A DNA stretch of 40,597 bases from Promethearchaeota archaeon (GTDB lineage: Archaea > Asgardarchaeota > Lokiarchaeia > Sigyniarchaeales > SOKP01): contig JBHLOC010000039.1 in assembly GCA_048940925.1 (NCBI GenBank), positions 1 to 40,597 on the forward strand, written 5' to 3'. The notes beneath the pieces were generated by a model. The model did no database searches. It saw only the letters and a list, made by a program, of their open reading frames with translations, and had not been told where the DNA came from. A program made the position numbers and the translations under genes. Shown piece after piece: positions 1 to 12,476 of the stretch; position 1 is the stretch's first letter; every line of letters starts with the position of its first letter.

Positions 1-1
1 T

Positions 2-178
2 GATCCTGTTAAACGTAGAATTTATGATGAAGCTGGATATGACCCTAGCAAAATTGATTTCAGCGAGATTTTTAGGAGATATGATTATATTCAAATTAGA
101 CAGATATTTAGAGAGATTTTTGGAAGAAATTATAGATCTGCATATTATAAACCTCCTCCAGATGGAATGTATATTTAG
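2..178 (+). CDS. 3' end of a J-domain (DnaJ-like) protein, truncated by the window edge
   Basis: Hand translation DPVKRRIYDEAGYDPSKIDFSEIF...YI*; DPxKRxxYD is the J-domain helix IV signature; TAG at 176-178. Confidence 0.65.
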   Translation, partial: DPVKRRIYDEAGYDPSKIDFSEIFRRYDYIQIRQIFREIFGRNYRSAYYKPPPDGMYI

Positions 179-277
179 TTTCTTAAATTTTTCTATTTTT
201 TAAGAGCCTTAGAAGATAAGTATATTTATTTAATAAGTCATATCTTTTAATTTATAAAATGAAAATAGGTTTGATAA

Positions 278-1642
<1,365 letters not shown>

Positions 1643-1662
1643 GTTTCTTTCAATAATTAGAG

Positions 1663-3126
1663 TCAATTAATATATTCATTAATGTTTCTTTCTTCAACTT
1701 TTTTAATATAACTATCTATTTCTTTTTCCAAATTAGGCTTTAATACTTTTGGTTTGTGGTTTTTCAAAAGTTCTTCAATTCTTATTTGTGATTTAGTAAT
1801 AAAATCTAGTGATCCTTTTTTAATCCATGTATTTCTTGAACCTCTTTCACTTAATTTTGGGATATATAGCTCTTTTTTAATGTTTTTAGCAGTATGTCGT
1901 AATCCTAGAAAATATAGTCCTTTCTTTTGATCACTTGCCACAGATTTAATTTCATTTAAAGCCATAGTATTTGGATCAACTTTAATTCCATTTAATCCCC
2001 GAGATACCATACCTATCAATTCATCATCTATTACTAATAATTCTAAACTTGATGCTAAACCGCATTCATAAGTACCTGCACATGTGATATAATTAATTCC
2101 AGCATATGCTGCTGCCGAAAGAGTATTAAACCTTTCAAAACCGTTTTGTATATCAAAACCAATTGAATTTGTAATAGATCCAGAGGCACGAGAAGGGATT
2201 TTATAAAAACGAGCTAATTGAGCACTAGCTATTGTAATTAGGCTAGTCTCTATAGATCCCCAAGCAACATTACCTGTTCGTGGATCTATTGGAGTATTCA
2301 CGGTACCATATAAAACAGGGGCTCCTGAATTTATCAATTGAGTAAGAACTATAGAAGATAATACTTCTGCATTCGTTTGTGTTAATAAGCCTGCGAGAGT
2401 TATTGGTGCATTTAGACCCCCACTTGCAGAGGAAGCTATAATAAGTGGTTGTTTATATTGAGCAAAAATGAAGAGTCCACCAAGTAAGACTCTTGGTAAG
2501 GTAAGTGGACTAATAGGATTAAAGAAACCGAGTAACCGTGGTTTCTTAATTAATTTATCTTTACCATTAACAATGATAGAAAGAAGATACATCAAGTCCT
2601 TTGACATTATTTTTCCTCTACATCCAATTCCAAATGGTTTACGGCTATTTTTAACCCATTCTTTAATTGCATGACAATGAAGGGTGCTATAAGGAATGTC
2701 AACAGGCCAGACATCTAAATGTGAGCAGGAAATATATTCAAGCGAATCCGTAATCTTTAAAAATTTAATAAAATCTGACAATCTCGCATCTCGAGTTTGT
2801 AAAGGATTGGTATTGTCATAAATTTTTGTGGGAGCACCCTGAGTGGCAAAATGAATATTTTCTGTATTTATATCAATCCTAAATTGGTCGTCTGGTCCAT
2901 ATAAAGAAAAAGAATTAGGAACTTTTTTCAATTGGTCTTTTATAAGATATTCTGGAAATTTTACCAAATTCTTTTTACTATCTATTTCAGCACCATTATC
3001 TTTAAGAAGACGACACGCTTCCTCTGAATCTACTTTCACTCCAACATCCTCCATCAAAGCTATTGTAGAATTATGAATCATTATTATTTCTTCTTTCGTC
3101 AATACTTTTAATCTATTAAGTTTCAT
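1663..3126 (-). CDS. Trimethylamine methyltransferase (MttB) superfamily protein, non-pyrrolysine
   Basis: NPISPL, APITLAGLLTQTNAEVL, PVLYG, AQLARFYKIP, FDIQNGFE motifs; no in-frame amber codon. Confidence 0.9.
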   Translation of the reverse strand: MKLNRLKVLTKEEIIMIHNSTIALMEDVGVKVDSEEACRLLKDNGAEIDSKKNLVKFPEYLIKDQLKKVPNSFSLYGPDDQFRIDINTENIHFATQGAPTKIYDNTNPLQTRDARLSDFIKFLKITDSLEYISCSHLDVWPVDIPYSTLHCHAIKEWVKNSRKPFGIGCRGKIMSKDLMYLLSIIVNGKDKLIKKPRLLGFFNPISPLTLPRVLLGGLFIFAQYKQPLIIASSASGGLNAPITLAGLLTQTNAEVLSSIVLTQLINSGAPVLYGTVNTPIDPRTGNVAWGSIETSLITIASAQLARFYKIPSRASGSITNSIGFDIQNGFERFNTLSAAAYAGINYITCAGTYECGLASSLELLVIDDELIGMVSRGLNGIKVDPNTMALNEIKSVASDQKKGLYFLGLRHTAKNIKKELYIPKLSERGSRNTWIKKGSLDFITKSQIRIEELLKNHKPKVLKPNLEKEIDSYIKKVEERNINEYIN

Positions 3127-3244
3127 GATTAGTAACTTCTTAAAATTTAATCAAATGATAAAATTATACTAAATTATGATTTTATGGATAAATTGTAAAA
3201 AAAACTAAAAATGTATTAGAAGTAAAATTAATTAATCACATCTC

Positions 3245-4654
3245 TTACTTCTTTGAGCTAATAAACCTCTCTATTATAAGAACGATAATAATAATAAAGG
3301 CTAATGGAGGAAAAATTAATAAAAATAATCGAAACACCAAGGATTCTGCGATGTGATTAGCAAACACAAAAGTTAAACCATCAATAAATGTACTGATTAA
3401 AGAAAGACATGTAAATATAAATAAAATATCATTTATCTTGCTATCACTTAATTCTTGTAGTCTCTCTTTACCTCGTTCATGTAAATATTGAAAAACATCT
3501 AATTTATCAGTAAAAAATTCTTCCATTTGAGAGTTTCTCCAACTTAAAACTGCTTCATTATAAATGAAGTGGGCAAATGGAGCAAGATTTTGGAGGTAAT
3601 TTTGCTTACTTAAAGAATATAATTCCATTTCCATCCTTAATTTATTTATCCATCTAACTGTTCTTCTAACACGTCGTTTTTGTAAAGTCTGATATGAAGC
3701 TAATTGATTTACACGTTTATACAAAATATTATTGAATACTTGAAGAGTTCGCCATTCAATTTCCAAATATCTTAAAACTTCTTTCGCATAATTTAATTCT
3801 ACCTGATTTAAACCCGCCCATAAACTATTACCCCAACCAATATGGACAAAACCTTCTGTATCTTTAGCAAAGTTAATTGAACCCTCAGGATGACTGACTT
3901 CTATAACTTCATTCATAATTTTGTTTATTGGAATTACTTCATCTTTATTTATTTTATTTCTAACAAGCACTATATGCCCCCATAATGGAATACTAGATTT
4001 TTGAATACCAAATAAATCTTTATATGTCATTAGAGGTTTCTTTATTTCAAATTCTTCTAGTATCTCAATATAAGTTTCAAAAACATCAGTTCCAATTGAC
4101 TCTGTTCTTCTTAATAAATCCGAATTTCTCACTATTTTATCTAGTAAATCCGCCATGATTTTCCTAGGTTTAATTTGTTCAAAAGTCATAAAATCTTGTT
4201 TAAATTTTATATCAAGTTTACAGTAAATCATTCCAATTCCATATTCATGAAAACTCATGGTTTCTAAGTGAAGAGTAGGAGGGGAGTTAAAAATATCAAT
4301 TCCTATAATATCTAATGGTAACTCAATTCTTTGATTGATCTGAACCGTTATAATACTTTTGTCTCTCTGAGTAACACCACTACCTCCTGTTCCTTTAAAT
4401 AGCAAATCGTCCAGAGATCTTTGAATCATAACATCACCCCCTGTTATCCAATTCCTTATGCTTTCGATTGGATTATCACCATTTGCAAATTTTTCAATTA
4501 AAATTTGATTAGGATATTTCTTTTGTAATTTTGAACATAAAAGCTTTCTGAAATTATCATACTTTCCAATAAGAGATGAATAATCTAAAATCATGTTCGC
4601 ATTGAAAGGAGCGATAACATAAAATGTAAATTTTGGTATGGGTAAATTTTCCAT
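3245..4654 (-). CDS. Hypothetical protein with two C-terminal transmembrane helices (CorA-like architecture possible)
   Basis: 469-aa ORF; large soluble domain, long helical region, then two hydrophobic segments; no GMN motif seen. Confidence 0.6.
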   Translation of the reverse strand: MENLPIPKFTFYVIAPFNANMILDYSSLIGKYDNFRKLLCSKLQKKYPNQILIEKFANGDNPIESIRNWITGGDVMIQRSLDDLLFKGTGGSGVTQRDKSIITVQINQRIELPLDIIGIDIFNSPPTLHLETMSFHEYGIGMIYCKLDIKFKQDFMTFEQIKPRKIMADLLDKIVRNSDLLRRTESIGTDVFETYIEILEEFEIKKPLMTYKDLFGIQKSSIPLWGHIVLVRNKINKDEVIPINKIMNEVIEVSHPEGSINFAKDTEGFVHIGWGNSLWAGLNQVELNYAKEVLRYLEIEWRTLQVFNNILYKRVNQLASYQTLQKRRVRRTVRWINKLRMEMELYSLSKQNYLQNLAPFAHFIYNEAVLSWRNSQMEEFFTDKLDVFQYLHERGKERLQELSDSKINDILFIFTCLSLISTFIDGLTFVFANHIAESLVFRLFLLIFPPLAFIIIIVLIIERFISSKK

Positions 4655-4889
4655 CTTTATATCAAACTTTTACTTTTCTTTTCTACATTTTAATTACTAA
4701 TATTTATATTCTTGAAAATTAAAATATTGGGTTATTAGCTTTATACAAATTTATATAAATAGATTTGTTATCTATTAAATCAATTTAAATTAAAGTAATT
4801 CTCATTGACTATCTTTACTCCAATACAAAATTTTCCCTTTTCAATAAAAATAAATAAAACTATTTTTTTGTGATATTTTAGAGATTGAA

Positions 4890-6578
4890 TTGGTTAAGGT
4901 TAATGGATTGAGTGAGAGTAATAAAATATTATTAGAAAAAGTTAATTCAATGAGTGAAACTGAGGCCGTTAAATCACTACTTTCGATTTTAAAAGAATCA
5001 AAAGCGCTAGAAATTAAGATTGAAGCAATAGATCATTTAGTTCGATTCACAGATAATGAAGAATTACGTTTGCAAGATCTTAAAGACATTTTTTTAAGTG
5101 ATATGCATCCCCAATTAAGGTTGAAATTAATTAACTTATTGGTTATATATGATAACAATGAAGGGATCTCATTCTTAAAAGAACAATATAAGAACTGTAA
5201 CGATGGTGCTGTTAGAAAAAATCTTATTGAAAAGGTTGGAAATGATAATTTAGAAGAATCAATCCCTTTCTTAATCGAAGCATTAAATGACCTTAATTTT
5301 GAAGTCAAAAAAGCAGCAATTACATTTTTGGGAAAAGCAGGTCAGGAAGAAGCTTTAAAACCTTTAATTGAGTTATTACATTTTAGGAATACTGAACTAT
5401 ATAATGATTTAATTAGTTCAATTGTAAAAATTGGTAAAAAAGGAAATTTACAGATAATTAATGATTATACTAATACAAAAGATCTCAATATTAGAAGAGA
5501 AATACCTATAATTCTAGGTAAAATAGGAAATAAAGAAAGTGAGCAGATTTTAATAGATTTTCTAAAAGATAATAATCCCTTGATTAGGAAAAATGCAATA
5601 AAAGCTTTAGGAAAAATTATAGAATTAAGAAATGTAAAACACCTTTTAGAAACTCTTAATGATCAAAATATTGAAGTTAGAAAAGAAACAATTCGTGTAT
5701 TAGGGAAAGTAAAAAGTAAAAAGGCTATTAAACCATTAATAGAGATTCTAAAAGAGAAGGATGCAAAAGTTAGATATCTTGCAAAAGATTCACTCTATAA
5801 AATTTTCTTAAAATCAAATACTCATGAAATATTGTATGATATTGCGAAAGAAAGAAACCTCAATGCTAGGAAAGAAGCAATAAAATTATTAGGTATGCTG
5901 AAAGATAAAAATGCTATTACTCTAATGATAAAAACTCTTGAGAGCAAAGTTACTAGTATAAGAAGATCCGCTTATAAAGCTCTTTTAAAAATTTTAGATA
6001 ACAAAGTTGATGATTTGATAATAGAAGCTCTAGATGATAAATCTTCTCAAGTTAGAATGTATTGTGCCAAAATTTTGGGGGAAATTAGCAAATCTAATAC
6101 CATAGATAATGTTTTCAATCTAATAAGTGATAAGAACGGAAGTGTAAGAAACGCCACCATTGATGCATTAATTAGATTTAATGATAATAAAGTAGTTAAT
6201 TTAGCAAAAAATGCATTAGAATCTTCAAATTGGAAGACTAGAAGAGCAATAGTTAGATTATTAATAAAAACAGGCAGAAATGAAGCTATTAATACTCTTT
6301 TATCATGCTTAAATGATGATGATGTTTATATTAAGAGCTGGGCTGCCATGGCCTTAGGAAAACTTAAAGAAATTGATTCAATTGAACCAATTATTATTTT
6401 ATTAAAAGATAGAGATGCCAAGATACGCATATCTGCTGCTAAAGCCTTAGGTGAAATTGGAAATACGGAAGCAATTAATTCACTCATTGAAGCATTAGGT
6501 GATGATAATTGGGATGTCAGAAAAGAAATTGAAATTGCTTTAAATCGAATTGAACCAAAATGGATGAATTTCTTATAA
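4890..6578 (+). CDS. HEAT/PBS-lyase repeat protein
   Basis: Many ~31-aa repeats of type LxDxxxxVRxxAxxALGxIG. Confidence 0.9.
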   Translation: MVKVNGLSESNKILLEKVNSMSETEAVKSLLSILKESKALEIKIEAIDHLVRFTDNEELRLQDLKDIFLSDMHPQLRLKLINLLVIYDNNEGISFLKEQYKNCNDGAVRKNLIEKVGNDNLEESIPFLIEALNDLNFEVKKAAITFLGKAGQEEALKPLIELLHFRNTELYNDLISSIVKIGKKGNLQIINDYTNTKDLNIRREIPIILGKIGNKESEQILIDFLKDNNPLIRKNAIKALGKIIELRNVKHLLETLNDQNIEVRKETIRVLGKVKSKKAIKPLIEILKEKDAKVRYLAKDSLYKIFLKSNTHEILYDIAKERNLNARKEAIKLLGMLKDKNAITLMIKTLESKVTSIRRSAYKALLKILDNKVDDLIIEALDDKSSQVRMYCAKILGEISKSNTIDNVFNLISDKNGSVRNATIDALIRFNDNKVVNLAKNALESSNWKTRRAIVRLLIKTGRNEAINTLLSCLNDDDVYIKSWAAMALGKLKEIDSIEPIIILLKDRDAKIRISAAKALGEIGNTEAINSLIEALGDDNWDVRKEIEIALNRIEPKWMNFL

Positions 6579-6611
6579 AAGGATGATTCTAATTTATAAG
6601 AGAGTCTGAAT

Positions 6612-7007
6612 TCAATATAAACCACTAATTAGCTGGACATATTTGTTCAATTGGTTTAAAATTATATCTACTTGAGATTCTTTGTTTAAAATTAATATGA
6701 AAAATGATTTTTTGTCACATTCCACGATTATTGTCGTTTTTTCTTCTAATTCAGCAATAACATTATTAATTTTTTTACTACCAATTGTTTGACCTAACTC
6801 TGATGCTCCCTCTAATACCGAAGCACACATCGATGCTAATTTTATAGTATCAAAATTATCACCAATATTTTGAAAAATAAGTTCTCCATTTCGATAAGCA
6901 AATACAACACCAAAAAATTTACCTTTTTCTTTTATTTCATCAAAAATTTCTTGTAATGCCATAGTATTCTGCTTATTTCTTGGAATATTACTATTCAATT
7001 TAAACAA
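6612..7007 (-). CDS. Roadblock/LC7 domain protein (true start may be the ATG at 6962)
   Basis: GVVFAYRNGELI...KLASMCASVLEGASELG pattern typical of the roadblock fold. Confidence 0.75.
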   Translation of the reverse strand: MFKLNSNIPRNKQNTMALQEIFDEIKEKGKFFGVVFAYRNGELIFQNIGDNFDTIKLASMCASVLEGASELGQTIGSKKINNVIAELEEKTTIIVECDKKSFFILILNKESQVDIILNQLNKYVQLISGLY

Positions 7008-7065
7008 TCCCGTTAATAGTTGATAATTAAATTAATTAATTACTTAATTTAACTATTGAATATAT

Positions 7066-8463
7066 ATGAAATCATTAGATAAAATAGGATCATTAATCAC
7101 AGAAAGTAATAAAGAATTTATAGAAAATGAGTTGCAACCCTTTTTAAGAATTCCAAGCAATACGCTTAATAAAGAAGGTACCCTAAAAGCTAAAAATTAT
7201 TTAACATCCTATATTTCTGAATTTAGCGAAAATATCAATGAAATTGAAGGAGTTATTAATCCTTTAATTCTAGCTAGGGTTAAAGGCAAAATAAAGGAAT
7301 CGCTTTTAATTTATATGATGTATGACACTCAACCTATTAATAAAGAGGAAAAATGGATAAGTGCTCCATTTGGAGCGGAAAAGAAAGTATTGCCTCCACC
7401 ATTGGATGAGTTAGGCGAGTGCATCATAACAAGAGGCGCTTATAATTCAAAAACTCCATTAATATGTTTCTTAAACGTAATTAAAAAACTAAAAGAAATG
7501 AATGAATTACCAATCTCATTACTCTTGTTATTTGATGGAGAAGAAGAAATGGGCTCACTTACGTTGCTGAATTTTTTGGGAAATAATAAAGAGATGTTTA
7601 AAAATTGCATTGATGCTTATTATCCAGCAACTAAACAAGATCTTGATGGGACTGCCATATTAAAATTAGGTTATAAAGGTATCCTATCATTAACAATTAA
7701 AGTTTATTCAAAGAATAAAGAACCTCATTCTGGGTTTAGCGGAATGATACCTAATCCCGCAACAGATCTGGTATCAGTTCTAAACAAAATATATTCTAAT
7801 AACCGATTTCAAATAGAAAGCTTAAAAACAAGATATATACTTACAGAAGAAGAGAGTTCTTTAATAGATAGTTTGGTAGAAAAAATTGATATTGAAAAAA
7901 TTAAGAGAAAAGCTGGGATTATCGAAACTAAAGAAAAAGATCCTAGAAAAACTTTTGTTAGCTATTTATTTAATCCCACATTTAATATTTCAACTTTGAA
8001 ATCAGGATTCTTAGATGAAGGGATAAAGAACATGGTAGCAAATGAAGCTATTTGCAATATTGATATCAGATTCGCCCACAGTTGTTCGATTGATGAAATA
8101 TTTAAAGAGATTAAAGCCAAAATAGATAATTATACAAAAAACACAAGATCCCATTGTGAGTTAATAAAAAACATTGGTTATGAAGGTTCTAGAGTAGAAA
8201 AAGACTCTATTTTAGTTAAAAGTCTAATTAAAAGTGCTAAAATGTTAGAAATCCCTACCGAAATATGGCCAATTAGTGCTGCAGCTGCTCCTTTAAGTAA
8301 AATACAAAAAGAACTTGGTATAAATTTCATTACAGGTGGTTTAGGTATAGGAGGATTTGCGCATGCGCCTAATGAATTCATACAAATAGATTCAATTCTA
8401 AATACAAGACTAGGATTTAGCTATTTCTTGAAGATATATTCTAACAATTATATGAAGAAATAA
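7066..8463 (+). CDS. M20/M25/M40 family metallo-hydrolase
   Basis: YDTQP, RGAYNSK, DGEEEMGS, HSG, CNIDIR, AHAPNE motifs. Confidence 0.88.
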   Translation: MKSLDKIGSLITESNKEFIENELQPFLRIPSNTLNKEGTLKAKNYLTSYISEFSENINEIEGVINPLILARVKGKIKESLLIYMMYDTQPINKEEKWISAPFGAEKKVLPPPLDELGECIITRGAYNSKTPLICFLNVIKKLKEMNELPISLLLLFDGEEEMGSLTLLNFLGNNKEMFKNCIDAYYPATKQDLDGTAILKLGYKGILSLTIKVYSKNKEPHSGFSGMIPNPATDLVSVLNKIYSNNRFQIESLKTRYILTEEESSLIDSLVEKIDIEKIKRKAGIIETKEKDPRKTFVSYLFNPTFNISTLKSGFLDEGIKNMVANEAICNIDIRFAHSCSIDEIFKEIKAKIDNYTKNTRSHCELIKNIGYEGSRVEKDSILVKSLIKSAKMLEIPTEIWPISAAAAPLSKIQKELGINFITGGLGIGGFAHAPNEFIQIDSILNTRLGFSYFLKIYSNNYMKK

Positions 8464-8474
8464 TAAAAAAAGAT

Positions 8475-9635
8475 TTAATAAGAATGAATAAATCCTCCAA
8501 TTCCTCTTCGTTTCACATCAATAGCATGTTGAGGGCACATTTCCATACAACATAAACAAGCAATGCATTTTTTTCTTATAAATCTAGGATAATGCTTAGC
8601 TTCAAAATTAATAGCATCTGCAGGACAAATTTCAGAGCATTGCCCACATTTTTCACATTCCTTTTCATTTAATTTAGGAATTTTCTTTGCTACCTTATAA
8701 TAGGTTCTTCCTGAAAAGTAGCTATCTATTCGAGTTAAAAATTTACTAGGAATTTTAAATTTAGGCACTTGTTTTTTCGCATCTTCTAAAGCCATTCCTA
8801 CAATCTCAATATCTTCTAAAATCCCAACACCTAACTTTCTATCTTTGGCATTTTTCAAATGAGGAACGAATTTTGCATTATATTTTCCAATCTCTAAAGC
8901 AATAATATCTAATGCAAGTTCATCTGTCCCTACTAAAATCAGATTCCATTCGACCATCTTTCCTGCACCAGGACCTTTTGGCCCTTCCATAATTTCTTGA
9001 AGATCATAAATATTTAATCTATTAGGCTTATTATTTACTATCCAAGAGAAATTATCAGCTAGAACTTCCCCAAATTTTTGAGCAGATTTTCCTAAAAGAT
9101 GCAATTTAGCTTTCTGACCACCAGGTATTATCCCCCAATAGTTTTTTATTGCTCCTGTGATGGTTGCTTCCGCATGTGTTTTTAACTTTGGTAAATTGAT
9201 GAGAATATCACAATCATACACTGCTTTTGCTACATAATATTCTTTCATTCTGATTGCACCGTTAATCTTACCATTTAGTGGAGTACCCTCTTCAAAATCT
9301 ATAATTTTTAGACCTTCTTTTTCACATACTTCAAAAAGTCCAATTTCTTTTGCAACTTTATATGCACTTGTTTTATTTTGTCCTGGAGAATCTCCAATTT
9401 TCACCTTATCCATTGATACTCCTAATTGTTTAAGATAAGAAATAGCACCCTTAACAAAACTGGGTTGAGTACATGCCTTTTTATTAGCAGAGAGCAAATT
9501 TGGTTTTAATAAAATATCTTTTGCTTCTAAAAAGTCATATGTTAAATCGTTTTCAATTAATTTAATTCCAGCAACGACTGCCTTTGGAACATTTTCATAA
9601 TCATTTACATTTACAATACCTACTTTGGTTGACAT
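8475..9635 (-). CDS. DUF362 protein with C-terminal 2x[4Fe-4S] ferredoxin domain
   Basis: LLKPNLL, INLPKLKTH, TGAIKNYWG; CEKCGQCSEICP and CIACLCCMEMCP. Confidence 0.9.
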   Translation of the reverse strand: MSTKVGIVNVNDYENVPKAVVAGIKLIENDLTYDFLEAKDILLKPNLLSANKKACTQPSFVKGAISYLKQLGVSMDKVKIGDSPGQNKTSAYKVAKEIGLFEVCEKEGLKIIDFEEGTPLNGKINGAIRMKEYYVAKAVYDCDILINLPKLKTHAEATITGAIKNYWGIIPGGQKAKLHLLGKSAQKFGEVLADNFSWIVNNKPNRLNIYDLQEIMEGPKGPGAGKMVEWNLILVGTDELALDIIALEIGKYNAKFVPHLKNAKDRKLGVGILEDIEIVGMALEDAKKQVPKFKIPSKFLTRIDSYFSGRTYYKVAKKIPKLNEKECEKCGQCSEICPADAINFEAKHYPRFIRKKCIACLCCMEMCPQHAIDVKRRGIGGFIHSY

Positions 9636-9844
9636 CTTTTTTCAAATTTGGAAATTCAGTAAAGAATTAAAATATATCTCTGTAATTTTTTAATCAAAAA
9701 ATAATTGAAATATAAGGTTTCGTTATTCAAAAACAATTATTTTTAAAAATTAAATATATTATAATTATAAAAAAATATTAAAACATTTAGAACGATTAGA
9801 ATTAAAATATATGCATAGAAAGACATTAGAAATTTAACCAAAGA

Positions 9845-10414
9845 TTGAAATCAAGCAGATTGGTGAGAAAGAGTATTTCATTTAGTGATGCTTTATTCAA
9901 AGTGGTTTTTTTTGGAGATGGAGGTGTTGGAAAGACTACTTTAATAAATAGATATCTTACTGGTGTTTTTAAGAGTGATTCAGAGATGACTATAGGTGTG
10001 GATTTTCACGTAAAAAAACTTGAAATTGACGGTAAACGAGTTGGTCTTCAGATTTGGGATTTTGCTGGTGAGGACAGATTTAGATTCCTTATGCCTAGTT
10101 ATGTTATAGGAGCTTCAGGGGGAATTTTCATGTTTGATATCACACGTTACTCATCATTAAAAAATTTTAAAGATTGGATTGATATTTTTAAAAGAGGTTA
10201 TTCAGGGATCGGTAATCAAATCCCAGTATTAATGGTTGGGAGTAAAATTGATCTAGAATATAAAAGAGCAGTCCCAAGGAATGAAGCATATGAAATTGCC
10301 CGAAAACACAATATTTATGGATATATTGAATGTTCTGCAAAAAATGGTCAAAATGTAGGAGATGTTTTTTCTGAAATTGGTCGATTGATGTTAAAAAAGG
10401 CAGGATTACTATAA
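9845..10414 (+). CDS. Rab-like small GTPase (Ras superfamily)
   Basis: G1 GDGGVGKT, G2 TIGVDF, G3 WDFAGE, G4 GSKID, G5 SAK; no C-terminal prenylation Cys. Start may be GTG 9863 or ATT 9875. Confidence 0.93.
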   Translation: MKSSRLVRKSISFSDALFKVVFFGDGGVGKTTLINRYLTGVFKSDSEMTIGVDFHVKKLEIDGKRVGLQIWDFAGEDRFRFLMPSYVIGASGGIFMFDITRYSSLKNFKDWIDIFKRGYSGIGNQIPVLMVGSKIDLEYKRAVPRNEAYEIARKHNIYGYIECSAKNGQNVGDVFSEIGRLMLKKAGLL

Positions 10415-10442
10415 GTTTAATTACTTTTCAAAAACATACTTT

Positions 10443-11297
10443 TTATCTAAATTTTTTCTCAAAAATCTCATTTAAAGATTTTATTACTAAATCAGGTACT
10501 AAATGTGTATCGATTAATTCTGATTCTTTTAAACTATGTTTTAAATCATTAATCATATCTTCAGAGGTAACCCCTGTTAAAACAGCAATAGTCATAATTC
10601 CTGCTCTATTACCAGCAACTATATCAGTATTTAAACGATCTCCAAAAATACAGGCATTTTTCGCAGGTATTTTTATATCTTTTAAAATCAAATTAATACC
10701 AATTGGTTCTGGTTTTCCAAAAATTTTAATTGGTTTCTTACCTGTACATGTTTCTAATGCATTTACCATTGTACCTGCTCCCGGTAATATACCACTAGCA
10801 GCAGGTAACGTAGAATCTGTATTTGTAGCATAAAATTGTGCATGTCCTTCTAGAACACATTTTTGGGCAAATGCTAGTTTTTTATACGTAAACTCTCTGT
10901 CTAATCCTACAATAACAAAGTCAATATCATCAAAGCTCTTTGGATTGATTATAATGTTATGACCCATAAATTTTAATTCCTCTCTAAGTCCCTTTTCTCC
11001 AATAACATAAATGTTTGAATCTTTCTTTATTTTAGTTATTTCTGTGGCAGTTATCGAAGCACTTGTATAAAAATCATTTTTTTCACTTAAGATGCCAAAA
11101 TTCCTTAACCTCTCAACATACATTTGCTTTGTTGCTGTAGAATTATTAGAATTATAAATCACACGAATTGATAAATCTTTCAACTCTTTTATGACTTTAT
11201 CCACATTTGTAATTAATTTTTGACCCCGATAGACAACACCATCTAGATCAAAGATAGCCAGTTTGATATGTTTTAAATCTTCGATTAATTTAGACAT
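10443..11297 (-). CDS. HAD-IIA family phosphatase (NagD-like)
   Basis: FDLDGVVY, SNNS, GKP, GDRLNTDIVAG, VLTGV motifs. Confidence 0.92.
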   Translation of the reverse strand: MSKLIEDLKHIKLAIFDLDGVVYRGQKLITNVDKVIKELKDLSIRVIYNSNNSTATKQMYVERLRNFGILSEKNDFYTSASITATEITKIKKDSNIYVIGEKGLREELKFMGHNIIINPKSFDDIDFVIVGLDREFTYKKLAFAQKCVLEGHAQFYATNTDSTLPAASGILPGAGTMVNALETCTGKKPIKIFGKPEPIGINLILKDIKIPAKNACIFGDRLNTDIVAGNRAGIMTIAVLTGVTSEDMINDLKHSLKESELIDTHLVPDLVIKSLNEIFEKKFR

Positions 11298-11330
11298 AAT
11301 TTAATACAGTAAGCATTTTATAATGAATTA

Positions 11331-12476
11331 TTAAAACCAGCCAACAGGCAAACCTAATAAAAAAATAAATAACTGTATACCAAAAGGTATAAAAATAGGA
11401 TTTAAAATGTTATCAGCTATAACACTTGGGAAATAGTCAGTTATAAAGAATACAGCCGCTCCAATTATTGCATAAATTGGACCCACAAGAATTAAACCTA
11501 TACAATAGGCAACAGTTACTCCCGCAAGAAAACCTTCAATAGATTTAGTCTCTTTACTTATTACTTTTACTTTATGTTTCCCATATTTTTTCCCAATTAA
11601 AGCAGCTGCAGCATCTGATAGACATGCAATTAATACTCCTGAAAAAAATACTAAAATATTGATTAATCCTGCCATATAAAACATATAAGAAAAAGTAAAT
11701 CCTGTGATTATGTAAATTTGAGGTCCCATTGCGTTTTTTTCCTTATTTCTCAACATTGATTTTGTTAAAAAATTAAAAACTGAATATTCTGGTCCCCATA
11801 TAATCCTAATTAAATCAGATATTATTGCGAACATTAATGCACCTATTAAAGCCATCATAGTTAGGTCTATTACTGCTTGAATATCCCCTGTACTGTAAGG
11901 AAAAAGAGCAATATTACCCCATATAAATTCATATGCTGGTTTTATATCATTTATTAACACTATAACACTATTACTTATTATTAGTGTCACGGGGAGTAGC
12001 ATAAAGAATCCAAAATATGCTATTAAAAGTAAAAATCCTGTTAAATGAAAACTTTTTCTTATCACTTCCATTTTAAATGATATATCTTCTCTGTATGGGT
12101 TTTCTTTAGTCATTCTTTCTACATATCTTCTCAAAACTGACTTTTTATCTCCCTTAAAACTGTACATCTCTTTTTCAATTCTCGCTTTTTTTAATTCTTT
12201 TTTAATAAGGGAAAAAAAAATCAAATTGATCAGTAAATTAATACCTATCCACCACACCATAAACCCATTATATGGATAAGGGAAAAATCTTACAACTGAA
12301 TTATAATATCCGAATATTAAAAAACAAATACCACAAACAATAGTGGAGACTCCCCCATACCTATTTTCCGCTCTATATCCCTTTCTTCCGATATAAAACA
12401 TTAAAATCATTAAAAGAAAAAACGAAAGTGACAAAGTTAAATTATAAATTTGATCAACTACAGACCAATAATCCAT
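11331..12476 (-). CDS. Dolichol/phytol kinase-like CTP-dependent membrane kinase with N-terminal membrane extension
   Basis: RKSFHL, SDAAAALIGKKYG, KSIEGFLAG, DNILNP motifs; polytopic. Confidence 0.82.
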   Translation of the reverse strand: MDYWSVVDQIYNLTLSLSFFLLMILMFYIGRKGYRAENRYGGVSTIVCGICFLIFGYYNSVVRFFPYPYNGFMVWWIGINLLINLIFFSLIKKELKKARIEKEMYSFKGDKKSVLRRYVERMTKENPYREDISFKMEVIRKSFHLTGFLLLIAYFGFFMLLPVTLIISNSVIVLINDIKPAYEFIWGNIALFPYSTGDIQAVIDLTMMALIGALMFAIISDLIRIIWGPEYSVFNFLTKSMLRNKEKNAMGPQIYIITGFTFSYMFYMAGLINILVFFSGVLIACLSDAAAALIGKKYGKHKVKVISKETKSIEGFLAGVTVAYCIGLILVGPIYAIIGAAVFFITDYFPSVIADNILNPIFIPFGIQLFIFLLGLPVGWF

